DNA of 64,000 bases from positions 160,001 through 224,000 of the forward strand of contig OY969724.1 of NCBI GenBank assembly GCA_963702205.1, written 5' to 3'. Below the pieces are notes generated by a model. That model had not been told where the DNA came from and ran no database searches. It saw only the letters and a list, made by a program, of their open reading frames with translations. Source of the DNA: an uncultured candidate division Zixibacteria bacterium. GTDB taxonomy: Bacteria > Zixibacteria > MSB-5A5 > GN15 > PGXB01. The position numbers were made by a program, and so were the translations under genes. This document shows positions 11,117 through 21,254 of the stretch, in pieces; the first letter of the stretch is position 1; each line of letters begins with the position of its first letter.

Positions 11117-14100
11117 TTGCGGCTTCGGCCTCCTCCCGGATCTTCTCGTAGACATCCTTGAGGAGATGTTGGCTGACAGCCTCGCGGAATTGATCCTCGT
11201 TCATGAATTTTGCTGTGATCTCCTCGTTCTGCTCCATGCGGTCGATAAAAAGGCCCTCCAAGGCTTTGCGGAAGACGTAGCCGAAGTTCTCCATCGTGTT
11301 GGCGAGCGCGGCTTGACGGAGGCTGCTGTCGGCCACGGCGTCCTCGCGTATCGATTCGAAAAACAATTGGTCACCCGGCTTGAACTCCATTCCGAACCGC
11401 TCGTTGAGAAGGTCGATGAGCTTGGACAGCTCGATCTCATCACCTCGAGCGACGCCGGTGCCCACAGACGTCGGCCCCGATACCTCGTATCGGGCTCCCG
11501 GCTCCATGACGATGGAGCCCTCACCGATCTTCTGCAAACGGTAAAACTTGAGCGCCACGTCATCATCAAAGTTGTAGATCGGTCCCCGGTTATCTCTCGG
11601 CAGTTTGGTAAGCAGAAACCGGACGTATGAGTACAGCTTTTCCAAATCGGAGTCCTGGAAGGGGATCACCTGCGACATGAAAGAATAAAGGTTTCTGAAA
11701 GCGACCAGCGTCTTCCGGAACTCCTCCCGGACCTCTTCCTCAAGTCCGTTGTAACGATTCACGGCCGGATCAATGCATGCGTTCATCCTGGCGTGGTCGG
11801 CGGGTGTTTGATTCTGTCGCGGTTTGTAGAATACCTTGCAGAACTCCTCGACCTCGGCCTTGTAGTAGACCTGGTGTCCGTCCAATTTGGCCTGAAGCTC
11901 GTAAAGCTGCTTCGGCTCCGCCCTTTCGCCGATGATCGTTTGCTCGTAGTAGGGCTGGAAGGCCTTCAGTATCTCTTCGGGTTCGTTGACGAAGTCGAGA
12001 ACAAAGGTATCTTCCTTGCCCGGATGGGTGCGGTTAAGCCGTGAGAGGGTTTGGACCGCCTGGATTCCTGCGAGCCTTTTGTCCACGTACATGGTGTGAA
12101 GAAGCGGCTGGTCGAATCCGGTCTGGTATTTCTCCGCCACGAGCAACACCTGGTACTCTTCCGTCCCGAAGCGTTCCGGGAGTTCCTTTTCCCGGATGCC
12201 TTTGTTCATACCGACTTCCGTATACTCCACGCCGGGCGCATCCGGATCGATCACCGTGCCGGAGAAGGCAACCAGCGTCTTGATTCCCGTGTACCCCTTC
12301 TCGGCGATGTACTTATCGAATGCCTGCTTGTACTTCACCGCGTGCAATCGGCTGGATGTGACCACCATCGCCTTGGCCTTTCCACCGATCTTGTGCATGG
12401 TGAAATGGCGGAAATGCTCGACCATGACCTCAGTCTTCTGGGCGATGTTGTGGGGGTGAAGACTCATGAAGCGGGCGAGCGCCCTTGCTGCCTTGCGTTT
12501 GTCCACCTTGGGATCGTCTTCGATGGACTTGATCAGCCGGTAATACGTCTTGTACGTCGTGTAATTTTGGAGCACGTCGAGGATGAAACCCTCGTCGATG
12601 GCCTGACGCATGCTGTAGAGATGAAAGGGTTGCGGCTTGCCATCCGCGCCGGGCGTACCGAAAACCTCCAGCGTCTTGTACTTGGGTGTCGCGGTGAAGG
12701 CGAAGAAGCTGATATTGGGCTGGTGGCCGCGCTTGGCCATGGTCTTGAGGATTTCCTCTTCATAATCGGGCAGCCCTTCCTCCTCGGCCTTCGCCCTGGC
12801 CTCTTCCTTGATCGCCGCTCCGGCGAGCACACCCTTAAGTTCGGTCGCCGTCTCGCCGCCCTGCGAACTGTGCGCCTCATCAACCACCACCGCGTACCGG
12901 CGCATGGGCAAATCGCCCATCTTCTCGGTGACAAAGGGGAACTTCTGGAGCGTGGTGATCACGACCGGCACACCAGACCCGAGGGCCTCGGCCAACTGGG
13001 TCGAGTTGATGTCGATCTTCTGGACCACGCCCTGCTTGTGCTCGAACTGATAGATGGTGTTCTGGAGCTGCTGGTCGAGGACTACCCGGTCGGTAACCAC
13101 GATGATCGAGTCGAAGACCTTTTCGTCCTTTTCGGTGTAGAGGCTGGCGAGCCGATGAGCCAGCCAGGCGATGGAGTTGGACTTGCCGCTGCCGGCTGAG
13201 TGCTGGACAAGGTAATTGGTCCCGGCCCCCCGCACGCGGGCGTCGGCCACGAGCTTCCTTACGCAATCGAGCTGGTGATAGCGTGGGAAAATCATCGCCT
13301 CCCGTTTCACCTTCCTGCCGCCGAGCTGCTTCTCCTCGACCTGGAGATGAATGAACCTCGCCAGGATGTCGAGAAAGCTGTGCCGCTCCAGGACCTCTTC
13401 CCATAGGTAGGCGGTTTTGTAGCCGCCGGGATTCTCCGGGTTTCCTGCGCCGCCTCTGCAGCCCTTGTTGAAGGGCAGAAAATAGGTGCTGCGGCCGGAC
13501 AGTCGCGTGGCCATGTAAACTTCGTCTGTGTCCACGGCGAAATGGACCAGCGTGCGCTTCTTGAACTGGAAGATCGGGTCCGCCGGGTCGCGGTCATTTT
13601 TGTATTGGGTGATCGCATGCCGCCAGGTCTGGGCGGTCATGGGGTTCTTGAGCTCCAGCGTGGATACGGGTATGCCATTCAAGGCCAAGGTCACATCGAG
13701 GGTGTTGCCGTGCTTGGCCGAATAGCGAAGCTGACGGGTCACCGTGAGTCGATTGGCCGCATAGAGCTTCTGAGTATCCGGGTTCATTCCGCTCGCTGGG
13801 GCGAAGTAGGCCACGCGAAACAGCTTTCCAAAGCATTTGAATCCGTGTCGCAGGACGGAGAGACACCCCTCGTGGTCGGAATTGAGCGCCCGGCAGAGGT
13901 CGTCCAACAGCGTGTCTTCGGCCTTATCCTTTTGGAGGTTGGCAAGGTACTCCCATTCCTTGGGCTGGGTCTTCTGGATGAAGGCAATCACGTCGGCGGG
14001 GAATAGGCCGCGCTCCGAATCGAAGGTCTCTCGGTCGCCTTTCTCATAGCCACCTGCCGTGGTCAGGTGTTGTTCGATGGCGGTTTCGAATGCTATCTCT

Positions 14101-14117
14101 TTGTGGTCTACGGGCAT
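11106..14117 (-). CDS. hsdR: Type I restriction enzyme R subunit
   Basis: D..LNGIP...ELKN nuclease motif, HSAGSGKS, DEAH, FTATP, TGFDQP, QTLSRLNR; likely start MPVDHKE at 14117. Confidence 0.95.
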   Translation of the reverse strand: MPVDHKEIAFETAIEQHLTTAGGYEKGDRETFDSERGLFPADVIAFIQKTQPKEWEYLANLQKDKAEDTLLDDLCRALNSDHEGCLSVLRHGFKCFGKLFRVAYFAPASGMNPDTQKLYAANRLTVTRQLRYSAKHGNTLDVTLALNGIPVSTLELKNPMTAQTWRHAITQYKNDRDPADPIFQFKKRTLVHFAVDTDEVYMATRLSGRSTYFLPFNKGCRGGAGNPENPGGYKTAYLWEEVLERHSFLDILARFIHLQVEEKQLGGRKVKREAMIFPRYHQLDCVRKLVADARVRGAGTNYLVQHSAGSGKSNSIAWLAHRLASLYTEKDEKVFDSIIVVTDRVVLDQQLQNTIYQFEHKQGVVQKIDINSTQLAEALGSGVPVVITTLQKFPFVTEKMGDLPMRRYAVVVDEAHSSQGGETATELKGVLAGAAIKEEARAKAEEEGLPDYEEEILKTMAKRGHQPNISFFAFTATPKYKTLEVFGTPGADGKPQPFHLYSMRQAIDEGFILDVLQNYTTYKTYYRLIKSIEDDPKVDKRKAARALARFMSLHPHNIAQKTEVMVEHFRHFTMHKIGGKAKAMVVTSSRLHAVKYKQAFDKYIAEKGYTGIKTLVAFSGTVIDPDAPGVEYTEVGMNKGIREKELPERFGTEEYQVLLVAEKYQTGFDQPLLHTMYVDKRLAGIQAVQTLSRLNRTHPGKEDTFVLDFVNEPEEILKAFQPYYEQTIIGERAEPKQLYELQAKLDGHQVYYKAEVEEFCKVFYKPRQNQTPADHARMNACIDPAVNRYNGLEEEVREEFRKTLVAFRNLYSFMSQVIPFQDSDLEKLYSYVRFLLTKLPRDNRGPIYNFDDDVALKFYRLQKIGEGSIVMEPGARYEVSGPTSVGTGVARGDEIELSKLIDLLNERFGMEFKPGDQLFFESIREDAVADSSLRQAALANTMENFGYVFRKALEGLFIDRMEQNEEITAKFMNEDQFREAVSQHLLKDVYEKIREEAEAANDK

Positions 14118-14136
14118 AAAGGTTCTCCGTTCACTC

Positions 14137-14778
14137 TCAAAGCTCCACGACCGCAGCCACAACCTTGTAGCAGGTAGGCGGTCGTTCATCCGGGTTGTGC
14201 GTCCAGGGCTTGGCCATGCTTACCGTGAGAAGGCATTCTTTGCTGATCTTTTCGCCGGCCTCGAGGCGACGGGTGATTAGCGGGTCGGTGATCTTAAGCG
14301 AGTAGTGGTTGCCATCTGCGTCCTGGAAATCTGCTACCCAACGGTTGGGGTCGTAATAGTGTCGCCCAAACGCCAGCCTCCTGGGTCTGACGAGTTGTAG
14401 TGATTTCCATTCAGATGGTGCTTTGGCCTCAAGGACCGAAGTAGCTACTCGATCATTTGGTGAATGGAGAATTGGCGAAAGATCTTCGATGAACTGATCC
14501 AGGGCACTCGCCTTAAGGCGGCGTTTGACTTGCCAGTCCCAATTACGAATGGTCTGGTTCTCACACTGAAACTGTGCGATGGTTCGTGGCTGGATCAGGT
14601 CGCATTCCAAGATATCCCTAATCGACAGCATCCTCCCGTTGACAACGCATCTAACTGTGGGGATACCATCGCCTGTCTTGGTGACCGGGCGGACCCATTG
14701 CCTTGTGTCCAAATCAATGCCCGCCAGACACATTCCATCAGGCCGTTTCGAATTAGCTAAGATTGCAATCCGTGCCAT
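14137..14778 (-). CDS. Dual-OB-domain protein (DUF488-associated)
   Basis: LANS....CLAG.......WVRPV N-terminus, SL.LV, LKITDP, LTVSM..P, CYKVVAAV. Confidence 0.7.
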   Translation of the reverse strand: MARIAILANSKRPDGMCLAGIDLDTRQWVRPVTKTGDGIPTVRCVVNGRMLSIRDILECDLIQPRTIAQFQCENQTIRNWDWQVKRRLKASALDQFIEDLSPILHSPNDRVATSVLEAKAPSEWKSLQLVRPRRLAFGRHYYDPNRWVADFQDADGNHYSLKITDPLITRRLEAGEKISKECLLTVSMAKPWTHNPDERPPTCYKVVAAVVEL

Positions 14779-14789
14779 AGTTCACCCCG

Positions 14790-15263
14790 TCATAGATGTT
14801 TAATCACCACGTTGCCCCATTTGCGGCGTAGGTGCTCGGCAACAAGTCGTCGATGGCAATTCTCCGGTGTCGCCTCGCTGCACAGCAAGCACGCCTGGTC
14901 GAACTCATCCGGCAGGTGGTGCGTCTCGGGCGAGCGCTGCTCCATCAGCGCGTGAAAGCGCCGTTCGTACTCGGCCCAGTCCATCTCCTTCTGTTTCTTG
15001 AAGCTGTCGAGGATGTCTTTCGTCGGGGCCAGATCGTCGAAGTGGGCATAATCGATGTCCGCGATCACGCGCAGGAAGTACTCCAGGTCCTTCCTTTTCG
15101 TGAACCCGGCTAACTGCGAAACGTTGTTCAGTCGCACATCGATCATCCGCTTCACGCCGACCTTCTGGAGCTTCTCGAAGAACTCCTGGGCCGTCTTGCC
15201 CGCGAAGCCGATCGTGAAGATCGTTATGGGCTTGGCGTCCGTGCTGCTATTCGGTTCGTTCAT
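14790..15263 (-). CDS. DUF488 family protein
   Basis: IFTIGF, IDVRL, LAP, CLLCSE....CHRR. Confidence 0.88.
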   Translation of the reverse strand: MNEPNSSTDAKPITIFTIGFAGKTAQEFFEKLQKVGVKRMIDVRLNNVSQLAGFTKRKDLEYFLRVIADIDYAHFDDLAPTKDILDSFKKQKEMDWAEYERRFHALMEQRSPETHHLPDEFDQACLLCSEATPENCHRRLVAEHLRRKWGNVVIKHL

Positions 15264-15870
15264 TCGAGGCTCCTTCTGTATTCATGCGATACGCGATCTG
15301 CTTTCCGCATTCTTTGTAAGCACGTTCGATCAGGTCTTCTTCCTTGACGTCCTGTTGGAATAGGTCGGGGGCGATCCTCATCATCTTCATCAATCGTTTC
15401 TCGGCGTCGGCATGCTCTTCCAGCGTCCCGTCGGCCAGGATGTGCCGGATGTGTAAGCCATGGGGCCGGAGGTGTCGGCACACCAGCACCGTGCGGTGGC
15501 AATTCAGCGGCTCTTTCTCGGCACACATCAGGGCAATCGTGAAACGCTTCGCGCCATTGATGAGCCGTTCGATCCCCTCGTGGAACAACGGCAACTGTGC
15601 CACCCGCTCATACACCGCTTGGCCGTCGATGTAGCATTCCGGCTCGTCGCGCCTTGCTCCCAGTTCCCGACCGAGAGGCACGTACTGGATGCCCTCGCGT
15701 TTGAGAGCGGCGGACAGTGCGTCGCGGTTGTATTCTGGCAGGCGGCTGAACGGCTGCGACCGTACATCGGCGATGGCCGTCACTCCGTGCTGCTTCAGCA
15801 GACCGATAAATGCCTCCAATTTGTGCGTGGAGTGCCCGACGGTGAAGATGTCTCGACCCGCGACGCTCAT
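15247..15870 (-). CDS. DUF488 family protein
   Basis: FTVGHS, ADVRSQPFS, ELGAR, ALMCAEK....CHR; ATGA overlap with the hsdS stop. Confidence 0.88.
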   Translation of the reverse strand: MSVAGRDIFTVGHSTHKLEAFIGLLKQHGVTAIADVRSQPFSRLPEYNRDALSAALKREGIQYVPLGRELGARRDEPECYIDGQAVYERVAQLPLFHEGIERLINGAKRFTIALMCAEKEPLNCHRTVLVCRHLRPHGLHIRHILADGTLEEHADAEKRLMKMMRIAPDLFQQDVKEEDLIERAYKECGKQIAYRMNTEGASNERTE

Positions 15871-17189
15871 TTGACCTCCCCTCGCACGTCGATTTTGCCT
15901 GTCACCGCTGCTGAAATGAGAGCTGAACGGTATTCTTTGAGGCCCTGGATCGATTGTCGTACTTTGTCGGTCATGTTGTTCAGTTTTTGCCACATGGAAT
16001 CGAGATAGCTGACAACCCGCTTTTGTTCCTCAAAGGGGGGCACGGGAACAATTAGATTAGCGTATTTTTCCGCGCTTACGTTTTGGATCGTCGCCTGAAT
16101 AAACGATGCACTCAGCCATTGCCAATACTGCTGAGAGTTTGTGAAATAATTGATAAAACGCGGCATCGTTTTTGTCGGATTAAATCTCGCTCGAATTAAA
16201 TAACCGGCATATGCAGCACGTCCCCATGACGGCTCATAGTAGAAGCTTTTGCCAACCGTGGCCCCACTACGGGCAAGTAGAAGATCTCCTTCTTTCAACA
16301 GATATGGACGAGCGACATCTTCCGGGATCGACTTGAAAGTCTCGTCACGCAACCGCCCATTTTCATCAACGTCCGTAATCCGGATGTATCGGGGAAGCTC
16401 AGGATCATCGAGTTCCGCCGCCTCGTTAGCGCCATATTTAAGTGGTTCTGAGACCAAAAACTTAAAGCGCTTAACCTCCCAATGCTTCGGAATCTCGCCC
16501 AGCCATTCAATGCGGGAATCTTTCATCTTGGCATTGGGGTCGAGCCCCTTGGCAACTGCATGGCTGATCAGGGAGGATCGCTTCTCCTGAAGCAACTTGA
16601 TCTGTCGCTGCTTTTTTTCAATCAGCGTATCTATTCGCGCCGTCTCCCGGTCAAGAAATGCTGAAATGGCCTGTTGCTCCTTGATTGGCGGTATGGTTAC
16701 TCCAATGTTACCTATCTCGGGAGCATTAATCGCCGGGTAGCTCACGCCTGTTGACCGCGAAACAATAGTATCGATAAAGAATGGAGAGCGTAGCGCATAG
16801 GATAGATAGCCGGGATCGATTGTCCTTGGCCGAACCACGGCAAATCCGGTTGAGACGATCAAGTTATCATCTGGGCTGCGAATTGCAGCGATGGCCCGAA
16901 GATAGGTGCGGACAGTCGACACAATCGTGTCACCCTCTCGAACAATACGTCTTGCACGTGAAGGGGCATCCTCAAACCGGTAGACCTCTGTTGCCACGAT
17001 GCCCTTGACAGCATCGACACTGCCGATATCCACGTAGGTGAACTCGAATTCCGGGTTTGTCGATTCCGAAAGTGCCTCGTCGTTAATCGAGGCTGCATAC
17101 TTCATACGACGAACATCCCAGTGCTCGGGAATGTCGCCTACCCAATCCATCCCCGAGCATCTATAAGCTGGGTAGGTTTGCCTGCTCAT
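15867..17189 (-). CDS. hsdS: Type I R-M specificity subunit
   Basis: Two TRD-conserved-region units (IPEHW / IPKHW, PPIKEQ / PPFEEQ, EYRSALISAAVTGKIDVR). Confidence 0.93.
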   Translation of the reverse strand: MSRQTYPAYRCSGMDWVGDIPEHWDVRRMKYAASINDEALSESTNPEFEFTYVDIGSVDAVKGIVATEVYRFEDAPSRARRIVREGDTIVSTVRTYLRAIAAIRSPDDNLIVSTGFAVVRPRTIDPGYLSYALRSPFFIDTIVSRSTGVSYPAINAPEIGNIGVTIPPIKEQQAISAFLDRETARIDTLIEKKQRQIKLLQEKRSSLISHAVAKGLDPNAKMKDSRIEWLGEIPKHWEVKRFKFLVSEPLKYGANEAAELDDPELPRYIRITDVDENGRLRDETFKSIPEDVARPYLLKEGDLLLARSGATVGKSFYYEPSWGRAAYAGYLIRARFNPTKTMPRFINYFTNSQQYWQWLSASFIQATIQNVSAEKYANLIVPVPPFEEQKRVVSYLDSMWQKLNNMTDKVRQSIQGLKEYRSALISAAVTGKIDVRGEVK

Positions 17190-18268
17190 ACGACGCCCCC
17201 TCCACTTGTGGTCATGAGTGTCTCCGGTTCGCTCAGGTGGAACTCGACCTGGTATCGGCGAAGCTCGACATTTTGAAGGGTGCTTAGCGCATATCGAAGC
17301 GCGTTATCTGCGTCGTGGCAGATGATCATTCCGTGGACCTGTTCACCGTCTTCGGCGAGGTGACGTTTCACCCAGCCGATGTACCGCAAAAGCTGCCCTA
17401 CGGTCTGGTCACTGGTTTGATTGCGCTTGAGCTCCACGACAAGCCAGCGCGGCTCATTACGGTGTTTCGCCAGAAGGTCGATGCGACCCACGTCGCAGGG
17501 ATACTCGTACCCGGCCTCTTCATCGCCGGGTTCTTGGTAAAGGACCCAATCCCGGCCGAGTTCCACATGGTTCCAGTTGTCGCGCAGAAACTCGTGTAGA
17601 TGTCGCTCCAAGCCAAACCGTTGTTCGCATTCTGTGGACATGTCAATAGCCGCAGTTTCCCCGGTTTCGACAGGCGGCAGATCGCCTGTTTGCTTTTGAT
17701 CCAGGTACCACCACAGTGCATCTAATGTCCAAAGATCGATCTGGAGGGCGTCTCGAAGCTGAAGCAGGACTTGATTTACCTTGACGTACCGACTGCCGAA
17801 GGATTCGCCCCGGTCGAAATTCGGCCAAATACCGAGCCGTTTCATATTGGCTTCAGAGCGGTTGTTCCACACACCGTATTGGTCTGGGTGCGTAACCAAG
17901 AGAATGGCGCTGGCCACGTTCTTGCCCATGCCCGGAACCATTTCGGGCCCCTGGTCCAGACGGTCAGCCACCGATTGAGTCTCTTCGGCAAGAATCGCGA
18001 GCGCCTCGCGCAGCTTATCCATATCGGCACACATGCGTGTGCTCTGACGGTGAAGTCCGCTCCAGTGATGGTTATTCTCAAGCAAAAGAAAGGTGCGGAA
18101 CTCGTCAGCGGTGATTTCTGAGACATGTCCCGGCGAAAAAACAGGTTGAAACCTTGCCAGAACGGCATCCCTTGGTTCTACGATCTCCTTATGGATAGGC
18201 GTGCCCTTGAGGCCCGTAGCAGCCTCGCGTAGCTTCCCGATCACGTCTGCAGAAACTGTTTCAGCCAT
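17186..18268 (-). CDS. Protein with C-terminal NucS/DUF91-like PD-(D/E)xK endonuclease
   Basis: FGLERHL..FL, EY, GRIDLLA, VVELKR, GQLLRY; N-terminal helical domain unassigned. Confidence 0.75.
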   Translation of the reverse strand: MAETVSADVIGKLREAATGLKGTPIHKEIVEPRDAVLARFQPVFSPGHVSEITADEFRTFLLLENNHHWSGLHRQSTRMCADMDKLREALAILAEETQSVADRLDQGPEMVPGMGKNVASAILLVTHPDQYGVWNNRSEANMKRLGIWPNFDRGESFGSRYVKVNQVLLQLRDALQIDLWTLDALWWYLDQKQTGDLPPVETGETAAIDMSTECEQRFGLERHLHEFLRDNWNHVELGRDWVLYQEPGDEEAGYEYPCDVGRIDLLAKHRNEPRWLVVELKRNQTSDQTVGQLLRYIGWVKRHLAEDGEQVHGMIICHDADNALRYALSTLQNVELRRYQVEFHLSEPETLMTTSGGGVV

Positions 18269-18277
18269 TTTTATACC

Positions 18278-20290
18278 TCACTCGGTGACCTCCGCGAGCA
18301 TATCCGCAATTTCCTTCTCGATCTTCTTGAGGTCGGTTTCGATCTCCTCCAACGGTCTAGGTGGCGCATATTTGTAAAAATAGCGATTGAAATTGATCTC
18401 GTAGCCGACCTTCGTCTTTGATTCATCCACCCAGGCATCGGGCACGTGCGGCAGAACCTCGCGCTTCATGTACTCATCCACGTCTTCTTTTAGCGGCACG
18501 TTCTCGTAGTCGCGTAGCTCCGGATCGGGTTCCGGGTTGCTCTTGGCATCCGTGCAGATTTTGGCCGTCTCGTCCCGCTCGGCCAGGACCATGAGGATCG
18601 CCTTGAAAAGGGCGGCAGGGACCTTGATCCCGGCTTTCAAAAAGGCGGACGTTAAACGCTTTGAGAACTCATCGCGGTCCTTGACAATGCCGAGCGAGGC
18701 GAGCGACTCAAGAGCGGCCAGGATCTCCTCTTGAAGCTTTCGGCCCGCTTCGATCTCTGCCTTGGCGGCCTTTGTGTCCTTGCGCTTCTTGCTGGTGGCC
18801 AGGTTTGAGAAGGCTTTGGTCTCGGCAAGCCGCGCGATGCGCTCTTTGTCCACGGCGAAGTTGAGTCGAAGCGGACGCTCGACCGTAATGCGGCGGTAGC
18901 CGAAGTCTTCATTGTCGAAAACGCGGATATGTTCGCATACCTTGAGCGTGCCGTAGCGTCGCGTGATGTCGTCCCTTTGGTCGTCGCATACTTCGTGGCG
19001 CTTGTTGCCAAGTGACTTGCGCATCTTTTTGAAGAAGCCGGTGCCGTCCACCAGTTGAATCCTGCCCCTGCGGCTTGGCTCCTTCCGGTTGGTAACGATC
19101 CAAAGATATGTGTAGATGCCGGTGTTATAGAAGAGCTGATCCGGCAGGGCGACAATGGCCTCCAGCCAATCATTCTCGATTATCCAACGGCGAATCTCGC
19201 TCTCGCCCGATCCGGCTGACCCGGTGAACAGCGGAGATCCGTTGAAGACGATTGCTAAGCGCGTACCGCCTTCCTTGGGGTCCTTCATCTTGCTGATCAT
19301 GTGCTGTAGAAAAAGAAGAGATCCGTCGTTGATGCGCGGCAAGCCAGCCCCGAACCGACCGCCGAAGCCCTGCTCTTCGTTCTCTCGTTTGATAAAATCG
19401 GCCTCGGGCTTCCATTCCACGCCAAAGGGCGGATTGGCCAGCATATAATCGAACTTGTGGCGAGGGAAACGGTCGTCGGTAAAGCTGTCGCCATAGGCTA
19501 TATGCTCGATGTCCTGTCCCTTAATCATCATGTCCGACCCGCATATGGCATAGGCCTGGGCGTTGTAGTCCTGGCCGAAAACCTCCAAGCGGGCGTCGGG
19601 ATTCAGTTCCCGTACATAATCCTCCGCAACGGACAGCATGCCTCCGGTCCCACAGGCCGGGTCATAGAGCGTCTTGACGATGCCCTTAGTCGTGAGTACA
19701 TCGCTGTCGGGCATGAAAATCAGATTGACCATCAGACGGATTACCTCGCGGGGTGTGAAGTGATCGCCCGCTTCTTCGTTCGACGCTTCGTTGAACCGCC
19801 TGATAAGTTCCTCGAAGATGTAGCCCATCTCAAGGTTCGAGACATCTTGCGGATGCAGGTCAATATCGCAGAATCGGGATACCAGCAGGTAGAGCCGATC
19901 CGCCTTGTCGAGTTTCCCGATGTGTTCTTCGAAGCCGAAGTTCTCGATGATCTCCCGGGCTCGGGTTGAAAAGCCCTTGATGTAGTTGGTGAGGTTGGCG
20001 GCGATGTTGTTGGGGTCGCCTTTGAGTTTCTCGAATGAATAGCGGCTTGTGTTGTAAAAGGGCACCCCCGTAGCGCGGCACAGGATGGGGTCCACGTTTT
20101 TGACTTTCCCTCCAAAAAGCGTTTTCTGTTTTGCGAGCACCTTGTCTTTGGTCGGCTCCAGAACGCAGTCGAGCCGACGCAGCACCGTCATGGGGAGCAT
20201 GACGTCCTTATATTGATTCGGGCGATAGGGACCCCGCAGCAGGTCTGCCACTGACCAGATGAAATTCACTTTTCCACTGAAGTTATTCAT
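18278..20290 (-). CDS. hsdM: Type I R-M methyltransferase subunit
   Basis: IWSVADLLRG, HFTPREVI, YDPACGTGGML, ANPPF, FYNTGI. Confidence 0.96.
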   Translation of the reverse strand: MNNFSGKVNFIWSVADLLRGPYRPNQYKDVMLPMTVLRRLDCVLEPTKDKVLAKQKTLFGGKVKNVDPILCRATGVPFYNTSRYSFEKLKGDPNNIAANLTNYIKGFSTRAREIIENFGFEEHIGKLDKADRLYLLVSRFCDIDLHPQDVSNLEMGYIFEELIRRFNEASNEEAGDHFTPREVIRLMVNLIFMPDSDVLTTKGIVKTLYDPACGTGGMLSVAEDYVRELNPDARLEVFGQDYNAQAYAICGSDMMIKGQDIEHIAYGDSFTDDRFPRHKFDYMLANPPFGVEWKPEADFIKRENEEQGFGGRFGAGLPRINDGSLLFLQHMISKMKDPKEGGTRLAIVFNGSPLFTGSAGSGESEIRRWIIENDWLEAIVALPDQLFYNTGIYTYLWIVTNRKEPSRRGRIQLVDGTGFFKKMRKSLGNKRHEVCDDQRDDITRRYGTLKVCEHIRVFDNEDFGYRRITVERPLRLNFAVDKERIARLAETKAFSNLATSKKRKDTKAAKAEIEAGRKLQEEILAALESLASLGIVKDRDEFSKRLTSAFLKAGIKVPAALFKAILMVLAERDETAKICTDAKSNPEPDPELRDYENVPLKEDVDEYMKREVLPHVPDAWVDESKTKVGYEINFNRYFYKYAPPRPLEEIETDLKKIEKEIADMLAEVTE

Positions 20291-20299
20291 ATTCGCTCC

Positions 20300-20551
20300 C
20301 TAGTCCTGGCTAAGTCCCGCTGAGTCGATAAGGTCGTCCGGAAGTGTCAACTTGCCCTGCTTGATCATTTTTTTGCAGAAAGCACTCAACTGAGCCTTGG
20401 CAAGCTTCGACGGCATGGATTGTCCGTTTTCCCAACGATTTACAGTTGCGTAGCTGACGTTCAACCGCCTCGCCAAGTCCTCCTGGCTCAAGGCGAGCTG
20501 CTGCCGGATTTCCTTTACCAAGATCGACAAACTTGGATTTTCATTATCCAT
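20300..20551 (-). CDS. XRE-family HTH regulator leading the R-M operon
   Basis: LSQEDLARRLNVSYATVNRWENG; 9 nt upstream of hsdM. Confidence 0.9.
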   Translation of the reverse strand: MDNENPSLSILVKEIRQQLALSQEDLARRLNVSYATVNRWENGQSMPSKLAKAQLSAFCKKMIKQGKLTLPDDLIDSAGLSQD

Positions 20552-20605
20552 TCGGTGAACCTCTCGTCGTCAGGGCGGCAGACCTCTGGCTTCTGCTCGA
20601 ATTTA

Positions 20606-20642
20606 ATAGCGTATGTTATATCATTCGCGGGACAAAAAGCAA
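20606..20642 (-). promoter_or_regulatory. Putative sigma70 promoter with overlapping imperfect palindrome
   Basis: Minus strand TTGCTT-N16-TATAAC with TGn extension; ATAGCGTATGTTAT (20606-20619) is 10/14 self-complementary and overlaps the -10. Confidence 0.5.
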
Positions 20643-20675
20643 GGGAAATCGCTCCTGCGAACATCCTGGAGAGAG

Positions 20676-21254
20676 TCAGGAAGGCCATCTGCCTGAAGGC
20701 AGGAATCTCCAGTCATTCCAACCTGTTATTCCAGAATACAGCCAGACCGCCAACGAACCGCCGTGCGCAATACATACCGGAAGGAGGACGCGTCTGTAGA
20801 GGCTGGGACCGCCAGGGTGGAACCCCTCCAGCCGGTCAATGGCCGGAAGGCGGGTTTCGGGGTCGTCGAAGGTGAGAAGCTCCCCGTACACGGGGCCCCA
20901 GGGCGCGCCTGTGGCGCTTTTCGGGAGCCGGTCGGGGGTTGGCTCGGGATTGGGCATGCGGGCCGCGACGTGCGCCTGTGTGGCCACGTCGGCGAGCGGA
21001 TCGGTGCTACCGACGGCGAGGATGTCCTCCTCCGGGACCATCAGGACGGGGATTCCGGAGGGTGTCTCGAAGAGGCGGCCGCGGACCACGGCGTCCTCCA
21101 CGGCCAGAACGCCCCGGCAGAAGCGGTCGTGGTTCCAGAAACCACGCTTCAGGGTGCCGTAGACGAAGAGTCTCAGCATTCCGCTTGTGTTCGCATTCGA
21201 GGGTTCTGTTGGGTTCATTGCCTGGTTCATCGGGTTCATCGGGGTGTCTGTCAT
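20676..21254 (-). CDS. Gamma-glutamylcyclotransferase (GGCT/AIG2-like)
   Basis: LFVYGTLKRG, VYGEL, IDRLEG, LYRR in the 3' part of ORF 20676..22124; ATGA overlap at 21251-21254. Confidence 0.88.
   Translation of the reverse strand: MTDTPMNPMNQAMNPTEPSNANTSGMLRLFVYGTLKRGFWNHDRFCRGVLAVEDAVVRGRLFETPSGIPVLMVPEEDILAVGSTDPLADVATQAHVAARMPNPEPTPDRLPKSATGAPWGPVYGELLTFDDPETRLPAIDRLEGFHPGGPSLYRRVLLPVCIAHGGSLAVWLYSGITGWNDWRFLPSGRWPS

Noticed and set aside
21205..21245. Short GGTTCAT repeats (MNPMNQAMNP) at the GGCT start
   Set aside because: Three imperfect copies in a low-complexity N-terminal tail; no sign of phase variation
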